A stretch of DNA of 64,000 nucleotides from Hydrolagus colliei (lineage: Eukaryota), in assembly GCA_035084275.1 (NCBI GenBank), contig CM068771.1, forward strand, positions 1,488,001-1,552,000, in the 5' to 3' direction. Numbering within the stretch: the first letter of the stretch is position 1; the number at the start of each line of letters is the position of its first letter. The notes beneath the pieces were generated by a model. It made no database searches. It had not been told where the DNA came from and saw only the letters and a list, made by a program, of their open reading frames with translations. Shown here piece by piece: positions 62,098 to 64,000 of the stretch. The position numbers and the translations under genes were made by a program.

Positions 62098-62525
62098 CAC
62101 CAACAACATTACGCTTATAGAGCGCCATTCACATCGGGAGGATGTCCCAAGGCGCTGAACAGTTCGGGACCCGAGCTGGTGTGGGGGAGGGGGTGGAGGG
62201 GTTGGGGTTGGGGTAAGGGGAAGGAGAGTAAGAGAGGGGGGAAGAGTTAGGAGGGGAACAGATAGCAAGGTCGAAGAGGAATGTCTTCAGACCGGCCTTA
62301 AAGTAGGAAAGGGAGGAAGCGAGGCGAAGGGATTGCAGGATGGAATTCCAGAGTGTGGGGGCAGAGAGGCTGAACGCCCGGCCACCGATATTAGGTCGGT
62401 TTGCGTGGGGTACATGGAGCAGGCCAGAGCCTGCTGAATGGAGGGGTTGGGCAAGCTGATAGGGAGACAGTAGGTCGGAGAGACATGCGGGCGCAAGTCC
62501 GTGAATGGCCTTGAAGGTGACCTTA
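62098..62525 (-). mobile_element. L2-clade LINE 3' fragment
   Basis: caacaacattacgcttatagagcgcc tail in reverse, followed by L2 RT C-terminal sequence. Confidence 0.75.
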
Positions 62526-63434
62526 GAGCACTTTACTTAAAAGCAAGTTTGATTCCCAGCCAGGTGAAACCTTCGACAAGTTTCCTTACTCCACATGCCT
62601 GATATTAGTTCCTCAAAAAACACCAAGTTTGCAGTGACCAACACTGCAATCCATGACTGTTTATGAGAAGTTTCTGTGCAATTGGCTATCATGTTTAACC
62701 CACAAATATACAGTGAATTCACATTACAGTATCTTCTTTGAGACACTGAGAAGACGTTGAAAGCACTATATCAAATGCAAGGATTATTTTGATGTTATTA
62801 TTATGTCAGTAATTTTATTGATTGGATAAGATATGAACACAAAAACAATCATTTTTAATTTACAACTGGTAACATTTTTTCTAGACTGATGATATACTCT
62901 ATATAAGTGTTTCTCAACAACTGGTCAATGGACCAGTGCTGGTCCACAGCAGCGTCTTCGCTGATCCGTATGAGATTAGAGAAAAAATAAATACAGTACA
63001 GTATACAGTATATCAATTTTTTTTTAAAATGACACAGAGGTCTAAACGGAGTGGATTTTCACAAATCCCAAACAGTTGATGGTAAGTTTACATTCCATTT
63101 CATGTCGCTCCACTCCAGGTCTTCCATTTAACATTGGGTTTCCAGTGACCTGCGGTGGGTACAATGACAGAGTAAATGACCTGCGCTCACTTCAAGTCAA
63201 AGGTTTCTTCTAAAATGTAAAATAACAGCATGCAAAAATAACATTTTTTATTGTTATCTGTGCTAAATAGGGTGAGTTTCAGATTATTCAACTTAATTAA
63301 ACCCCAGTGTCTGCACTTTCATTTCATTTCAAGCTTCTATTTCTCCTCCGACGGATTGCCTGCTTTCTTCCACCTCCGATGGATTGCCCAACTCTGGCAA
63401 TATCTCGCCCCAAAAGTGGCTTAAACCCTAGTCC

Positions 63435-63995
63435 GCACCTTAGTCACTGCCTGGTTGGACTATTCCATGTCCTCCTCACCGGTCTCCCCTCTAACACAAT
63501 CCATAAAATCCATCTCATTCAAAACTCTGCCGTCCACATTCTCACCTGCAGCAAACTTTGCTCCCCCATTACCACAGGCCTTGCCAGACTTCACTGGCTC
63601 CCTGTCCCAGAGAGGGTTGATTTCAAGATCCTCACCTTGGTTTTCAAATCCCTCCACTCCTCTGCACCCCCTCCCCTACCTCTCTGATCTCCTCTCTCCT
63701 CAAACCAGCTCCCCTTCCCTTCGCTCCACCAGGTCTCGACTCCTCAGTATCCTCTGAATCCTCCGCTCCACCCTTGGTGGCTATGCCTTCAGCTACTATG
63801 CCCCGGGGCTCTGGAACTCCCTTACTCATTTCCTTCACCTCTGTCCCTCTTTTCCCAGTTTCAGGTCCCAGCTGAAGACCTTTCTCTTCGACCGCACATC
63901 GGTCACCTTTCTACTTCTGCCCCTGGCTTGGTCACGGGATCCATTGTGGTACAGCACTCTGAGACGCCATCCAGCTTGGAGGGCACTACAACAAT
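63435..63995 (+). mobile_element. L2-clade LINE 3' fragment
   Basis: GLPSNTIHKIHLIQNSA...[18 protein letters not shown], plus tail. Confidence 0.85.
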
Positions 63996-64000
63996 TGAAG

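Overview
Vertebrate genomic DNA, most likely a cartilaginous fish (inferred from the CR1/L2/tRNA-SINE repeats and the gene types). It is an innate-immune gene cluster in dense repeats, with several N-gaps. In order: (1) the 3' five exons of a TRIM-B30.2 gene (+, 2556-7155); (2) a CCAAT-rich CpG island followed by a 2-kb GT minisatellite; (3) a TRIM pseudogene (+, 12890-13895); (4) an intact PRY/SPRY exon with no TRIM exons of its own (-, 18759-19264), in one arm of an inverted duplication centred on a Tigger/pogo-like element; (5) a stonustoxin/verrucotoxin-like pore-forming protein gene (-, exons 27366-27456 and 21415-24299) with MACPF-like, helical and thioredoxin-like regions, 2x FN3 and a degenerate GTPase; (6) an hnRNP A/B-type retrocopy in an old tandem duplication; (7) four decayed tRNA genes; (8) a non-classical MHC class I-like gene (+, 49216-57573); (9) the first three coding exons of another TRIM gene (+, 60847-61989). 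The main candidate discovery: the toxin-like ORF ends 9 nt after a strong phase-1 splice donor (AAG|GTAAAT, 21423/21422), and the TRIM-derived PRY/SPRY exon 2.2 kb downstream starts in phase 1. Splicing them would give a 1157-aa chimeric SNTX-FN3-FN3-pseudoGTPase-PRY/SPRY protein, apparently an independent capture of B30.2 by a pore-forming toxin homologue. All alignments were done by eye, with no database searches or expression data.
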